DNA of 64,000 nt from Dehalococcoidia bacterium (GCA_965198105.1 OZ240240.1:2168755-2232754); one strand, 5' to 3'. Shown: positions 39,425 through 49,612, numbered from the stretch's first letter. The notes: generated by a model from the letters alone, not told the origin. Program-made: numbers and translations.

Positions 39425-42247
39425 TCAGACGCCCATCCACTCCCGGATGTTGGCCGACAGGTCGTGAAGGCTGCCCCTCCTCAACTCGACGTCGGGGAGC
39501 GAGGCGAGGAACTCTCGTCCGTAGCGGCGGGAGGTGATACGCCGGTCTAGGATCACGGCCACTCCCCTGTCCGTCCGCGTTCTGATCAGGCGTCCGAAGC
39601 CCTGTCTCAGCCGCAGAACGGCCTGCGGAACGGCGTACTCGTTGAACGGGTCGGCGTACAGCTCGGAGCGCGCCTCGAAGAGCGGATCGGTCGGAACGCT
39701 GAACGGCAGCCGCAGGACGAGCAGGACCTTCAGCGACTCGCCGGCCAGGTCGACCCCCTCCCAGAAGCTGGACGTGCCCAACAGGAGCGAGCGCGGCTCC
39801 TCCACGAATCTGCGAAGCAGCTGCGCCGGGCGTCCATCTATCCCCTGGGCGAGCACGTTGATGCCTCTGGCCAGCAGATCGGCCCGCACCGCCTTCGCGG
39901 TCGTCCGTATCGAGGCGTGCGACGTGAACAGGGCCATCGTCCGTCCGCCTACCGCCGTGACGGCGTCGGTGACCGCCTGCTCGACCGCCGCCTGGTACGC
40001 CCACGAGCCCGGCTCAGGCATGTCGTCCGGCACGCAGAGCATAGCTGAATTGGGGTAGTCGAAGGGCGACCCCAGCATCAGCTCCTCGGCGTCCGAGAAC
40101 CCCGTCCTCTGCACGATATGGTCGAACGAGCCCTGCGTCCCCAGCGTGGCGCTCGTCATCACGACGCAGTCGCGCTTCGAAAACAGCTGCTCTTCGAGCG
40201 TCTCTCCCACCTGGAGCGGCGCCGCGTGGATGGTCAGCTCGCCCCTGAACCCCCTCTGAGTCAGCCAGTAGACCGCCTCAGGCTGAGGGTGAGCCACGAA
40301 CTCGGCCAGCGTCTGCCGCAGCTCGATACTCTCCTGTCGGAGCCGTGCAACCTCTGCGGTCAGCCTCTCGTAGTTGATCAGCCCGGCATCCTCCAGGCCT
40401 TCCAGCGATAGCGCAAGCTGTTCGAGCGCTCTGTCCATGTCGATCAGGGAGATGTCCAGGTTCTGCCAGCCGATCTCGACATCCGACCAGTGCGGCTGAG
40501 CCCTCGTGGCCGACGTGACGCGAAGCTCCCATGCCTGGCCGCCCGCCTGCTTCGGCTGTCGTGCGATGAGGGCAGCGAGCAGGCTGTACGTCGTCGCGGC
40601 GTGCTGCCGTGCCACCGGAACCCGAGAGGCGATCTCGGCGCATACCCTCTCCACGGTGGCGCGACGCCCCTCGCCGGCGGTCGAGCCGCGAAACGCCGAG
40701 ACCGCGTCCATGACCACGCTCCGGTCGTCCGACAGGCTCCTGAGATGCTCGTCGAGGCGGGACTGGGACAGGGCGAATCCGAGATGACGGGTCGCCTCCT
40801 CCTCCAGGTGGTGGGCCTCGTCCACGATCAGCACGTCGTGCTCCGGTATCACGCCTCCCCCGGCCACCAGGTCCGACAGAAGCAGCGCGTGGTTCACCAC
40901 GACGACGTGGGAGGCCGCCGCCCGGTCCCGGGCGGCCCGCAGGAAGCAGGGGCCCGTGTTCCGGGGGCACTCGACCGCGCCCTGAGCCGAGAGCCGGTCC
41001 CAGGGCGCAGATGCGCCGGGATGTCCGAGGTTCAGCTCGCTCCGGTCTCCCGTCTCCGTAGTCTCCAGCCACACCAACGCCTTCGAGGCCAGCCGCGCCT
41101 CGGCCGCGGTGAGCGTCCCGCTGTTCGTCAGCTGGTGCCAGCGCCGGAGACAGAGGTAGTTGGCGCGGCCCTTCAGCTGACAGAAGCGGGCGTCCCCCCG
41201 GCCTATCGCCCCCACTCCTTCCAGGGCGTCCGCCAGACCGGGCAGGTCCTTGGTGAGAAGCTGCTCCTGAAGGTTGATCGTGTTGGTGGAGATCACCACC
41301 CGCCTGCTGTTCTGGGCCGCGTACAGCAGTGACGGCAGCAGGTAGGCCATCGACTTCCCCACGCCGGTGCCTGCTTCCACTATCAGCCGCGAGCCTCTGT
41401 TTATCGCTTCGGCTACCGCTCGGGCCATGGAGACCTGCTCTCCACGCTCTTCGAAACCGGGGATGACGCGGCTCAGCGGGCCGTCCCGCTCCAGCAGGGA
41501 GACGACGCGGTCTACGTCTATCAGATCGACGTACTCGCCGGGGCGCAGCGCCTTGCCTCTCTGGAGCCTGCGGCTCAGGGCGGCGGCGTCGAATCCCGCC
41601 GCCCCCGTGCCGGGGCCGTTCGAAGGGACGGCTATCCGGCTGTCCATCCGGTCCAGCAGGTAGGACAGCACCCAGGGGGACTGGGCGGCTATGCGCCGGA
41701 CCCTGGCGACCATCGTCGGATCAGCCTCGCTCCACATGTTCAGCAGCGCGAGGAAGACGCCCCTGGTGGCCATGGCGTCCTCGACGGCGCGGTGGGGTCT
41801 GAGGTGCGGCACGCCGAAGCGCCCGGACAGCCCTCTGAGCGAGTAGTCCCGCAGCCCGGGCATCAGCACGTACGCCAGGTCCCACGTGTCACACCTCTCG
41901 TTGCCTAACTCCATACCCCGGCCCTTCAGGAACCCCAGGTCGAAGCCGACATTGTGACCGACGATGGGGGTCGACCCGATGAACGAGGCGAGACCGGGCG
42001 CGACCATGGGAAACGCGGGAGCCCGGTTTACGTCCGCCTGAGTGATGCCGGTGTACCGCCGCGTGAAGTCGCTGAGCCGCCGATTAGGATTGACGAAGGA
42101 GTGGAAGGTGTCGACGACCTCGTCCCCATGGAACCGGACGGCGCCTATCTCGATGATCTCGTCGTCCTCTTGGGAGAGGCCGGTGGTCTCCAGATCGACG
42201 GCGATCCAGTGATCGTCGAGAGGCGAGGACGAGTCTGTCACGCTCAT
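39425..42247 (-). CDS. dinG: DnaQ-type exonuclease fused to a DinG-family helicase
   Basis: DLETTG/GHNVGFD/HRAVED DEDDh domain; EAGTGVGKS, DEAH, TSAT, QGFGRLIR. Confidence 0.93.
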   Translation of the reverse strand: MSVTDSSSPLDDHWIAVDLETTGLSQEDDEIIEIGAVRFHGDEVVDTFHSFVNPNRRLSDFTRRYTGITQADVNRAPAFPMVAPGLASFIGSTPIVGHNVGFDLGFLKGRGMELGNERCDTWDLAYVLMPGLRDYSLRGLSGRFGVPHLRPHRAVEDAMATRGVFLALLNMWSEADPTMVARVRRIAAQSPWVLSYLLDRMDSRIAVPSNGPGTGAAGFDAAALSRRLQRGKALRPGEYVDLIDVDRVVSLLERDGPLSRVIPGFEERGEQVSMARAVAEAINRGSRLIVEAGTGVGKSMAYLLPSLLYAAQNSRRVVISTNTINLQEQLLTKDLPGLADALEGVGAIGRGDARFCQLKGRANYLCLRRWHQLTNSGTLTAAEARLASKALVWLETTETGDRSELNLGHPGASAPWDRLSAQGAVECPRNTGPCFLRAARDRAAASHVVVVNHALLLSDLVAGGGVIPEHDVLIVDEAHHLEEEATRHLGFALSQSRLDEHLRSLSDDRSVVMDAVSAFRGSTAGEGRRATVERVCAEIASRVPVARQHAATTYSLLAALIARQPKQAGGQAWELRVTSATRAQPHWSDVEIGWQNLDISLIDMDRALEQLALSLEGLEDAGLINYERLTAEVARLRQESIELRQTLAEFVAHPQPEAVYWLTQRGFRGELTIHAAPLQVGETLEEQLFSKRDCVVMTSATLGTQGSFDHIVQRTGFSDAEELMLGSPFDYPNSAMLCVPDDMPEPGSWAYQAAVEQAVTDAVTAVGGRTMALFTSHASIRTTAKAVRADLLARGINVLAQGIDGRPAQLLRRFVEEPRSLLLGTSSFWEGVDLAGESLKVLLVLRLPFSVPTDPLFEARSELYADPFNEYAVPQAVLRLRQGFGRLIRTRTDRGVAVILDRRITSRRYGREFLASLPDVELRRGSLHDLSANIREWMGV

Positions 42248-42248
42248 G

Positions 42249-44174
42249 CTACGGGCGGTCCGGAGCGGGCCTTCGGTCGCTCACCTCGGCCACCATGCGG
42301 TGCCAGGCCTGTCTGGCCTCCTCGACCGAGCCCTCGTCTTCGATGGTGGTGATGTCGCCCGGGTCCTGGTCGAGGACCACGGCCTTGAACACTCGGCGCA
42401 TTATCTTGCCGCTGCGCGTCTTCGGGAGGCTGTCGACGAAGTTGATCTCGCCGATTACGGCGACGGGGCCCAGCTCCCGTCTGACGGTCCGGAGAAGCTC
42501 TCTCTTGAGCTCGTCGGACGCCTCGTAGTCGTTCTTGAGCACCACGAAGGCTGAGACGACTTCGCCTCTGATCTCATCCGGCCTCCCAGTAACACCGGCC
42601 TCCGCGACCGCGCCGTGCTTCAGGAACGCCGTCTCGACCTCGATCGTACCTATACGGTGCGCCGCTATCTTGATCACCTCGTCCGCGCGGCCCGCGAACC
42701 AGACGTAGTCGTCCTCGTCGATGTGGGCCGAGTCCCCGGTGAAGTAGCTGCCGCTGATCTTCTCCCAGTAGTCGGAGCCGTACCGCTCCGGCTCCCCCCA
42801 CAGGGTGGGGGTGAGACTGGGCCACGGCCTCTTCACGACCAGAATCCCCTTCTCTCCCCGCTCTACCGGCTCGCCTTCGGGAGTCATGACCTCGACCTCG
42901 ATACCCGGCATAGGCCTGCCCGCCGACCCCGGCTTGATGGGCAGCATCGATATGCCGTAGGGGTTCCCGATCAGCGGGCCCCCCGTCTCCGTCTGCCAGT
43001 AGTGGTCGATGACGGGAATGCGGTCTCTCAGGACCTCCTTCTGGAGCCACTCCCACGCCGGCGGGTTCAACACCTCTCCGGCGCAGAAGATACGGTCCAG
43101 CGCCGAGATGTCGTCCTTCGGAGCGCCCTGGTCTCCGTACCTCATCAACAGGCGCACGGCTGTGGGCGAGGTGAATATGCCGGTCACGCCGAACTCGGCC
43201 GCTATCTGCCAGACCGAGTCCGGGTCAGGATGGTCCAACGCGCCCTCGTAGGCGATCGTGGTGCACCCCATGAGCAGCGGCGCGTAGACGATGTAGCTGT
43301 GGCCCACCACCCAGCCGATGTCCGACATGGCCCACCATATGTCCTCGGGCCTGAGTCCGAAGCACCACCGCCCCATCGCGTGGATGCCCACTTGGTAGCC
43401 GCCGTGCGTATGGACCGCCAGCTTGGGTTTCGCGGTCGTTCCCGACGTGGCGAGGATGTACGCGGGATCGTTCGCCTCCATCTCGACGTGCCCGCCGCTC
43501 TTCCCCTCGCCGCGGGAGAGGAACTCGTCCCAGCCTATGTCGCGGTCTGACGCAAGACCGGGGCCGCCGTCCCCGCGCGGCAGGACCACCACGCGCTCGA
43601 CGTTGGGTCCGTTGGTCAGCGCCGCGTCGACTATAGACTTGAGGTCTATGTCTCGCCCCTTCCGGTAGGTGACGTCGGTCGTGAAGACGAGGCGGGAGCC
43701 GCTGGCCCCGATCCGGTCGGCCAGAGCGCCCGCGCCGAATCCGGCGAATACGACCGAATGGATGGCGCCGATGCGCACGGTCGCCAGCATCAGCATCAGC
43801 GCCTCCGGGACGACGGGCATGTAGATGGTGATCCGATCGCCCCTTCCGATGTCCATCCCCCTCAGCGCGGCGGCGATCCGTTCGACGCCGTGCCTGAGCT
43901 GCGCGTAGGTGTAGACCCTTCGCTCTCCGCGCTCGTTGACGTAGGCGATGGCGGCATGGCCTCCCCGGCCCTCCGCTACGTGGCGGTCGACGCAGTTATA
44001 CGAGAGGTTCGTTCTCGCTCCCACGAACCAACGGAAGCTGGGGTAGTCCCTCTCATAGACGCGGTCCCACTTTCTGAACCACGGGAGATGCTCAGCCGCC
44101 CGCGCCCAGAATCCCTCCGGGTCCTCGGCCGCATCGGCATACCAGCGCTTGGCGACCGGATTCACAGTATCCAT
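42249..44174 (-). CDS. acs: Acetate-CoA ligase
   Basis: TSGTTAKPK, DIGWVVGHSY, YWQTETG, GRADE, LPKTRSGKIMRR. Confidence 0.9.
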   Translation of the reverse strand: MDTVNPVAKRWYADAAEDPEGFWARAAEHLPWFRKWDRVYERDYPSFRWFVGARTNLSYNCVDRHVAEGRGGHAAIAYVNERGERRVYTYAQLRHGVERIAAALRGMDIGRGDRITIYMPVVPEALMLMLATVRIGAIHSVVFAGFGAGALADRIGASGSRLVFTTDVTYRKGRDIDLKSIVDAALTNGPNVERVVVLPRGDGGPGLASDRDIGWDEFLSRGEGKSGGHVEMEANDPAYILATSGTTAKPKLAVHTHGGYQVGIHAMGRWCFGLRPEDIWWAMSDIGWVVGHSYIVYAPLLMGCTTIAYEGALDHPDPDSVWQIAAEFGVTGIFTSPTAVRLLMRYGDQGAPKDDISALDRIFCAGEVLNPPAWEWLQKEVLRDRIPVIDHYWQTETGGPLIGNPYGISMLPIKPGSAGRPMPGIEVEVMTPEGEPVERGEKGILVVKRPWPSLTPTLWGEPERYGSDYWEKISGSYFTGDSAHIDEDDYVWFAGRADEVIKIAAHRIGTIEVETAFLKHGAVAEAGVTGRPDEIRGEVVSAFVVLKNDYEASDELKRELLRTVRRELGPVAVIGEINFVDSLPKTRSGKIMRRVFKAVVLDQDPGDITTIEDEGSVEEARQAWHRMVAEVSDRRPAPDRP

Positions 44175-44905
44175 CGTTCTTCTCCCTGGTCGGCTTCGTG
44201 CTGAGCGGGCCTGAACGCCTTGGCGCGCAACGCCTCTATCAGATCGCCCTCGCACCTCACCTCTCCGTCGAAGACGGTGACGCATCTACCCAGTCCCTGG
44301 TCGGAGTGCGCGTCGCTGCCGCCTGTACCGACGAACCCCAAGAGGCCGGCCACGCCTAGGGCGAAGTCGTTCTCCGCTCCGGTGTTGGCTCCGTTGGCTC
44401 CCTCTATGTCGTCGACCAGCCGGAAGAGGGGATGGCCGGCTGCCTCGTCCACCGTCGGCGGCATCCCGTCCCTGCCTCCGAAGATCAGATTGACGTTGAG
44501 GGGAGGCGCGCTGAAGAGGTTTCTGAAGGGGTGCGCGGAGACCATGACGCCTCCAACCCGCTCCACCTCCCTCCGCAGCCCTGCGATCCTGTTGATCCCA
44601 TTCGAGTACGCTCCGAGACCGTAGACGAGCACGTGCCCCATCTCGGTCTCCACCTCCAGCCCCCTGATCACCGTGATGCCCGACTCCCTGAAGCTGTCGT
44701 CGAGGCTATGCGCGTCCCAACCCCCGCTGTGCTCGGTGAGACAGACCCCGTCGAGCCCGATCCTCCTCGCCCTTTCGATAAGCTGCTCAGGAGTCAGGCT
44801 GCTGTCGCTGCTGCCCCTTACGGTGTGGACGTGGAGGTCGAAGACCGACAATCGCTCTGGATGCCTCGGGTATCCTGGGGAGGAGTTGGCTCCAATTCTA
44901 GTCAC
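44162..44905 (-). CDS. PHP domain protein
   Basis: DLHVHT, LTEH, GHVL, SAHP, GGSDAH; start uncertain. Confidence 0.88.
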   Translation of the reverse strand: MTRIGANSSPGYPRHPERLSVFDLHVHTVRGSSDSSLTPEQLIERARRIGLDGVCLTEHSGGWDAHSLDDSFRESGITVIRGLEVETEMGHVLVYGLGAYSNGINRIAGLRREVERVGGVMVSAHPFRNLFSAPPLNVNLIFGGRDGMPPTVDEAAGHPLFRLVDDIEGANGANTGAENDFALGVAGLLGFVGTGGSDAHSDQGLGRCVTVFDGEVRCEGDLIEALRAKAFRPAQHEADQGEERWIL

Positions 44906-44953
44906 CTTGTCGAGCAGCGGTCAACGCCGCCAGGGGTAACTGTTCGGACTTCC

Positions 44954-44999
44954 GGGGACCCCCATCTCAATCTTCCCCCGCGGAGCCGGGGGAAGAGGA
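44954..44999. repeat. REP-like palindrome
   Basis: GGGGACCCCCATCTCAATCTTCCCCCGCGGAGCCGGGGGAAGAGG. Confidence 0.85.
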
Positions 45000-45027
45000 A
45001 CAGGAAAGTCCACCGGCCCGCTAAAGC

Positions 45028-45492
45028 TCAGGAGGCGAAGTGGGGCAGAAGCCAGCCGAAGGAGCCGGCGAACGCCAGGCAGATGGCGGCGATTCCCGCC
45101 GCCATGCGCCTGAGAATCAGAAACAGGGGCAGCCCGGCGGCCACGGCGGTCACGATCATGACGAGGGTGAAGGCCAGGTTCGGGCTGCCCATCCCCGGCC
45201 CCGGATTCACCGCTTCGACGCCGACGTAGGCCAGTCCCAGGAGCGCTCCTATGAAGGCCCACGTCGGATAGGACAGGACGACCAGCCGGAACACCAGGGC
45301 GCCGGACGACAGACGCCGGGCCGCCCCGGCCAGATGGGGGGGAGGCTCCCTCACCAGCGAGAAGACCATCAGCACGCCGGCGGACACGAACACGGACGCC
45401 GTCAGCATCCCGGCTGCCGCGCCGGCCAGGAGCGGGCTCACCGCCCCTCTCCGTCGGAGGGGCGCCAGGGAGCCGCGAGGAACGCTCTCCAC
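45028..45492 (-). CDS. Hypothetical membrane protein
   Basis: About four hydrophobic helices; directly downstream of ispE. Confidence 0.7.
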   Translation of the reverse strand: MESVPRGSLAPLRRRGAVSPLLAGAAAGMLTASVFVSAGVLMVFSLVREPPPHLAGAARRLSSGALVFRLVVLSYPTWAFIGALLGLAYVGVEAVNPGPGMGSPNLAFTLVMIVTAVAAGLPLFLILRRMAAGIAAICLAFAGSFGWLLPHFAS

Positions 45493-46349
45493 CCGTGCCC
45501 TCTGGTCAGCAGGAGGTGGAGCGCGGAGCCCACCTCCCGCCTGGAGACGGGAGCGTATATCGACGGCCCCGCGCCGGAGAGGTGGAGCTCCCTCGCGCCC
45601 AGCGATTCGAGAGTCTTCCAGTACGCCTCCAGTCCCGGGAAGGCGTCGAAGGCGACGCAGTCGAAGGCGTTGAACAGGAGCTGCGGCGGCACGTCGCCCC
45701 CCGCTCTGATCCGCGCCTCCAGCTTCCGGGTGAGGGCGCCCCGGGTGTACGAGGTGCTGTCCAGCCTGCCGAAGAGGGTCGCCGTCTTGTTGGGCATCGA
45801 GATGTCGGGGGAGAGGAGGATGAGGTGCGGCAGGTCGGCGGGAGGGAGCGGACGGACTATCTCCCCCCTCCCCTGCACCATCGCCGTCCCCCCCTCCAGG
45901 AAGAAGGGGACGTCGGAGCCGAGCCGCGCCGCGATCGGGGTCAGGTCCCGGACGGACATGCCGAGGCCCCAGAGGGCGTTGAGGCCCAGGAGGGCGGCGG
46001 CGGCGTCGCTGCTCCCCCCTCCCAGTCCGGAGGCCACCGGAATTTTTTTCTGTAGACGTATCCTCGCTCCGATCTGTCCCTTCCCCCGGCTCCGCGGGGG
46101 AAGGATAGGATGGGGGTTCCTCCCCGCCCTCTCCCTGAGCATCAGCGCCGCCTTCGTCACCAGATTGTCAGCCGGGTCCAGAGAGGGGTCGTCGCACTCG
46201 ACCGATATCGAGGCGTCCGGCTCGAAGGTCAGCGTGTCGGCGAGGTCGACCGTCTGCATGATGGAGACGATGTCGTGGTAGCCGTCCCCTCTCCGTCCCA
46301 GCACCTCCAGAGTCAGGTTGATCTTCGCGCGAGCCTCCAGGGTGATCAT
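45438..46349 (-). CDS. ispE: 4-diphosphocytidyl-2-C-methyl-D-erythritol kinase
   Basis: AKINLTL, DGYH, KKIPVASGLGGGSSDAA, LGSDVPFF, LSGAGPS. Confidence 0.95.
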   Translation of the reverse strand: MITLEARAKINLTLEVLGRRGDGYHDIVSIMQTVDLADTLTFEPDASISVECDDPSLDPADNLVTKAALMLRERAGRNPHPILPPRSRGKGQIGARIRLQKKIPVASGLGGGSSDAAAALLGLNALWGLGMSVRDLTPIAARLGSDVPFFLEGGTAMVQGRGEIVRPLPPADLPHLILLSPDISMPNKTATLFGRLDSTSYTRGALTRKLEARIRAGGDVPPQLLFNAFDCVAFDAFPGLEAYWKTLESLGARELHLSGAGPSIYAPVSRREVGSALHLLLTRGHGWRAFLAAPWRPSDGEGR

Positions 46350-47155
46350 GGGACGCTGCGGAGGCGCCAGGCGTCGTAGAGGGCGCCCCACTCCTCCATG
46401 GAGAGAGTCTGCGCGCGGCGAGAGGGATCGACGCCGGCCCGCGTCAGCACCGCCTCCGCCTCGCCGGGGCCGAGGGACAGTCCGTCGCGCAGACAGTTGC
46501 GGAGTTGCTTCCTGCGCGCGCTGAAGCCGGCTCTGACCAGGTCGAAGAAGCGCTCGACCGAGTCGAGCTCCAGTATCGGCCTGGGATAGACCTCGATGCG
46601 GAGGATGGAGGAGACGACCTTGGGAGGCGGCCTGAAGGCCCTCGGGGGCACGTGGGAGACGATTCGGGGCCGGCCGTAGAGCTGCACCGCGACGGAGACG
46701 AGGCTCATCTCGCCCGGCTCGGCGGCGATCTTGCGCGCCACCTCGCGCTGCACCATCACCGACATGAGGTCGGGCCGGCGCTCGGCCTCGAGGAATCGCC
46801 TGAGTATCGGCAGCGCGGCGTAGTATGGGAGGTTCGCGATCACCTTGTAGCGGCTGTCGCCGGCGAGGACTGCGTCGAGGTCGACGCTCCTCGCGTCGTC
46901 GTGCAGCACCTCGACGTTCGCATGGTCGGCGAGCTCACTCATCAGCCTCTCCGCCAGGGCGTCGTCCAGCTCAATCGCGACGACGCGGCGGGCGCGCTCC
47001 GCCAGATGCCTGGTCAGGACGCCGAGGCCGGGGCCGACCTCGACCACCACGTCGCCCGAAGACAGGTCCGCCGCCCCGCCGATGCGGGACAGGTACCGCC
47101 TGTCCGCCAGCAGGTGCTGTCCGAGGGATTTCTTCAGTGCGGGGGGAGAGGCCAT
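46346..47155 (-). CDS. rsmA: 16S rRNA dimethyladenosine transferase
   Basis: KKSLGQHLL, EVGPGLG, ANLPY, MVQREVA, FRPPPKVVS. Confidence 0.96.
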   Translation of the reverse strand: MASPPALKKSLGQHLLADRRYLSRIGGAADLSSGDVVVEVGPGLGVLTRHLAERARRVVAIELDDALAERLMSELADHANVEVLHDDARSVDLDAVLAGDSRYKVIANLPYYAALPILRRFLEAERRPDLMSVMVQREVARKIAAEPGEMSLVSVAVQLYGRPRIVSHVPPRAFRPPPKVVSSILRIEVYPRPILELDSVERFFDLVRAGFSARRKQLRNCLRDGLSLGPGEAEAVLTRAGVDPSRRAQTLSMEEWGALYDAWRLRSVP

Positions 47156-47181
47156 TTCGGTTCTTACGTGGGAGCCCCGTA

Positions 47182-47631
47182 TCAGGTACGGGGCAGGCTC
47201 GCCCCTTCCCTCGAGTCCGCGGCAGTTGCCGTGGTCACGTGCAACTGCCGTCCGATGGCTCCCAGGGCCGCGTCCATCATGTCCAACCGCGACCGGTGCT
47301 GAACGTCGAGCACCCGGTCCACCTGCGGCATGTGCCAACCCAGGCGGCGGGCCAGCTCGGCCTTACCGACGCCCTGGTCTCTCATCCCCTGGTACAGCAT
47401 CACCTTGACTGAGATCAGCGTCGGCAGTACGGCGTAAGCGTCGCCCCGGGACGGCGTGGGGATGTCCTTGCGGTCATGGATGCGGGCCGCTATCGCCTCT
47501 TCCAGCGCGTGAACGGCGCGGGCGACGGCCTCCTCCCGGTCCTCTCCGAAGGTGGTCACCTCGGGAAAGTCGGGAGAGGTGGCCAGCAGGGTCCCGTCAT
47601 CATCGTCCAGCGTTATCGGATAGGCAAGCAT
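47182..47631 (-). CDS. hicB: HicB-family antitoxin (orphan)
   Basis: YPITL...SPDFPEVTTFGEDREEA...IPTPS, then HTH KAELARRLGW..PQVDRVLD. Confidence 0.88.
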   Translation of the reverse strand: MLAYPITLDDDDGTLLATSPDFPEVTTFGEDREEAVARAVHALEEAIAARIHDRKDIPTPSRGDAYAVLPTLISVKVMLYQGMRDQGVGKAELARRLGWHMPQVDRVLDVQHRSRLDMMDAALGAIGRQLHVTTATAADSREGASLPRT

Positions 47632-47745
47632 CAGTTCTTCATATCATGAACAACACAAGTGTTGCTGTCAATGTTCGGTGCTGCAGAAGAGAACGGGCGG
47701 CACGCGTTGGGGTTCTGTCCTGGGCGGATTGCGTACGTGGGACAG

Positions 47746-48012
47746 GCCGTGCACCTCCGGTTCGATCGTTCCCGCAGGCGTGTCGCAGGGGCACGGCTCG
47801 AGCCAGGCTGGCCTACGGCACCCGGAAGCGACTGCTTACCGCTGCTTCCTTCCGGACCTGACGGGGTTCACAGCTTTCCGCCGCGCAGGACCCGGCTCTC
47901 AACACCGCCACCCCTGAACAGAGGTCTGCGAGGTCGGACCTCACGGTGGGATTCAGCCTCGCTAGAGCGGATTGCGAGTACAGGGCACCGCTATCTCCCC
48001 GCCTAGCACGGC
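47746..48012 (-). ncRNA. ffs: Signal recognition particle RNA, large bacterial type with Alu domain
   Basis: 5' GCCGTGC pairs with 3' GCACGGC; GCGGTGCCCTGTACTCGCAATCCGC Alu motif; TCAGGTCCGGAAGGAAGCAGC helix 8. Confidence 0.95.
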
Positions 48013-48072
48013 CCACGATCATGGTAGTCGAGGCCCGATAGGGTGTCAACGAGGCGGTCCAGGCCCCCTCGC

Positions 48073-49533
48073 GTAACTGTTCACAGTTGATGAGTGTGAC
48101 TGGCCGATAGGTGGGGTGGAAAAGGGCTAGCGTTCAGGGGGGTGGTTGTGTCATACAGCAGGTGTGGACGCCGAAGTTGACCTAACCGCAGCCAGCCGTG
48201 AGGATCTGCTGGCGATAATAGCCGATTTGCAGCGCCGTGTAGAGGAGTTGGAAGCGCGATTGGCCGGAGGCGGTCGGCCGCGAGGGATGCCGGGCAACAA
48301 GCCCGGTTCGGGGTCACGGCCGATGGGGGATACCAGCAAGCCCAGGTCGCGGGGCTTTGGACGTCGTCGCATGGAGCCGACCGACCACGTGGAGCATGCG
48401 CTGGACATCTGCCCGGACTGCGGGACGAGTCTTACCGGCGGGTGGGTGCATCTCTTACCGGCGGGTGGGTGCATCGCACGTCTTACCGGCGGGTGGGTGC
48501 ATCGCACGCGCGAGGTGATCGAGATTCCGGCCATGCCCGTGCAGGTCACCCAGCACGTGGTGGTGGCGCGCACCTGCCGGGTGTGCAGGAAGCGGCGGGT
48601 GCCGAGGCTGGAGCTGGGAGGCGTGGTGGTGGGCCGTCAGCGGTTGGGTATCAATCTTGTGAGTCTGGTGGTAACGCTCAGGGAGCGTGCCAGGCTGCCG
48701 ATAGGCACGATCCGGTGGTACCTGCGGACGGTTCACGGATTGGACCTGAGCGCAGGGGCGATAGTGGGGATGATCCACCGTGCGGCAGAGGCGGCGCGGC
48801 GTCCGGTGGCCGATATGGTGGACCGCATCCGCGGCAGCCCGGTGGTCTTCGCCGACGAGACGGGCTGGCGCCAGGACGGTGTGAACGGGTTCGCCTGGAC
48901 ATTCAGCACCCCGGGCGAGCGGTATTTCGTGCGGCGCAACCGCAGCAGGCAGGTGGTGGACGAGGTATTGGGAGACGGGTTCGGCGGAGTGCTGGTCAGC
49001 GACTTCTATGCCGCCTACCACCACTACCCCGGGCTGAAGCAGAGATGCTGGGCGCACCTTCTGCGGGACATCCATGACCTGAAGGTCACCCATCCCGACG
49101 ATGGGAACCTGGCGCTGTGGGCGTCGGCGGTCAAGGGCCTGTACACCGAGGCGGTGGAGTTCGGCCACGCCGACGCTCGGGAGCGCAGTGCGGCCCGGCG
49201 GCGGTATGAGCACAGGCTGCTGGCGCTGTGCCGACCCTACCTCGACGCCCCGTCGGCGGTGCAGCGCAATCTGTGCAGGCGTATCGAGCGGCACATCAAG
49301 GAGCTGTTCGTGTTCGTCGCAGATCCGGGTGTGCCGCCGGACAACAACGCTGCTGAGCGCAGCCTGCGGCACCTGGTGGTCAGCCGCAAGATCAGCGGCG
49401 GGACACGCTCAGCGCGTGGCACCGACAGCAGGATGGCCCTGGCCTCGCTGTTCGGCACCTGGCATGTCCGGGACATCAACCCCTTGATCGCCTGCCGACA
49501 ACTCCTCGCCTCTCATCAAATCTGAACTGTTAC
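48073..49533 (+). mobile_element. IS66-family element, single-ORF type
   Basis: TIRs GTAACTGTTCA / GTAACAGTTCA; perfect 8-bp TSD CCCCTCGC. Confidence 0.92.
48146..49525 (+). CDS. IS66-family transposase
   Basis: Coiled coil, CPDC...CRVC, ADETGW, LVSDFY, QRCWAHLLR, DNNAAERSLR. Confidence 0.93.
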   Translation: MCHTAGVDAEVDLTAASREDLLAIIADLQRRVEELEARLAGGGRPRGMPGNKPGSGSRPMGDTSKPRSRGFGRRRMEPTDHVEHALDICPDCGTSLTGGWVHLLPAGGCIARLTGGWVHRTREVIEIPAMPVQVTQHVVVARTCRVCRKRRVPRLELGGVVVGRQRLGINLVSLVVTLRERARLPIGTIRWYLRTVHGLDLSAGAIVGMIHRAAEAARRPVADMVDRIRGSPVVFADETGWRQDGVNGFAWTFSTPGERYFVRRNRSRQVVDEVLGDGFGGVLVSDFYAAYHHYPGLKQRCWAHLLRDIHDLKVTHPDDGNLALWASAVKGLYTEAVEFGHADARERSAARRRYEHRLLALCRPYLDAPSAVQRNLCRRIERHIKELFVFVADPGVPPDNNAAERSLRHLVVSRKISGGTRSARGTDSRMALASLFGTWHVRDINPLIACRQLLASHQI

Positions 49534-49612
49534 CCCCTCGCAGGTTCCGTTGGCTTGGAGAGTATGCGCCGGATATAATGGAAGCGCACAACACAATCGA
49601 GAGGCCCGGCCC

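Noticed and set aside
48430-48508. Possible CRISPR array (23-bp repeat three times)
   Set aside because: Spacers are 0 and 5 bp, the repeat lies inside a transposase, and there are no cas genes.
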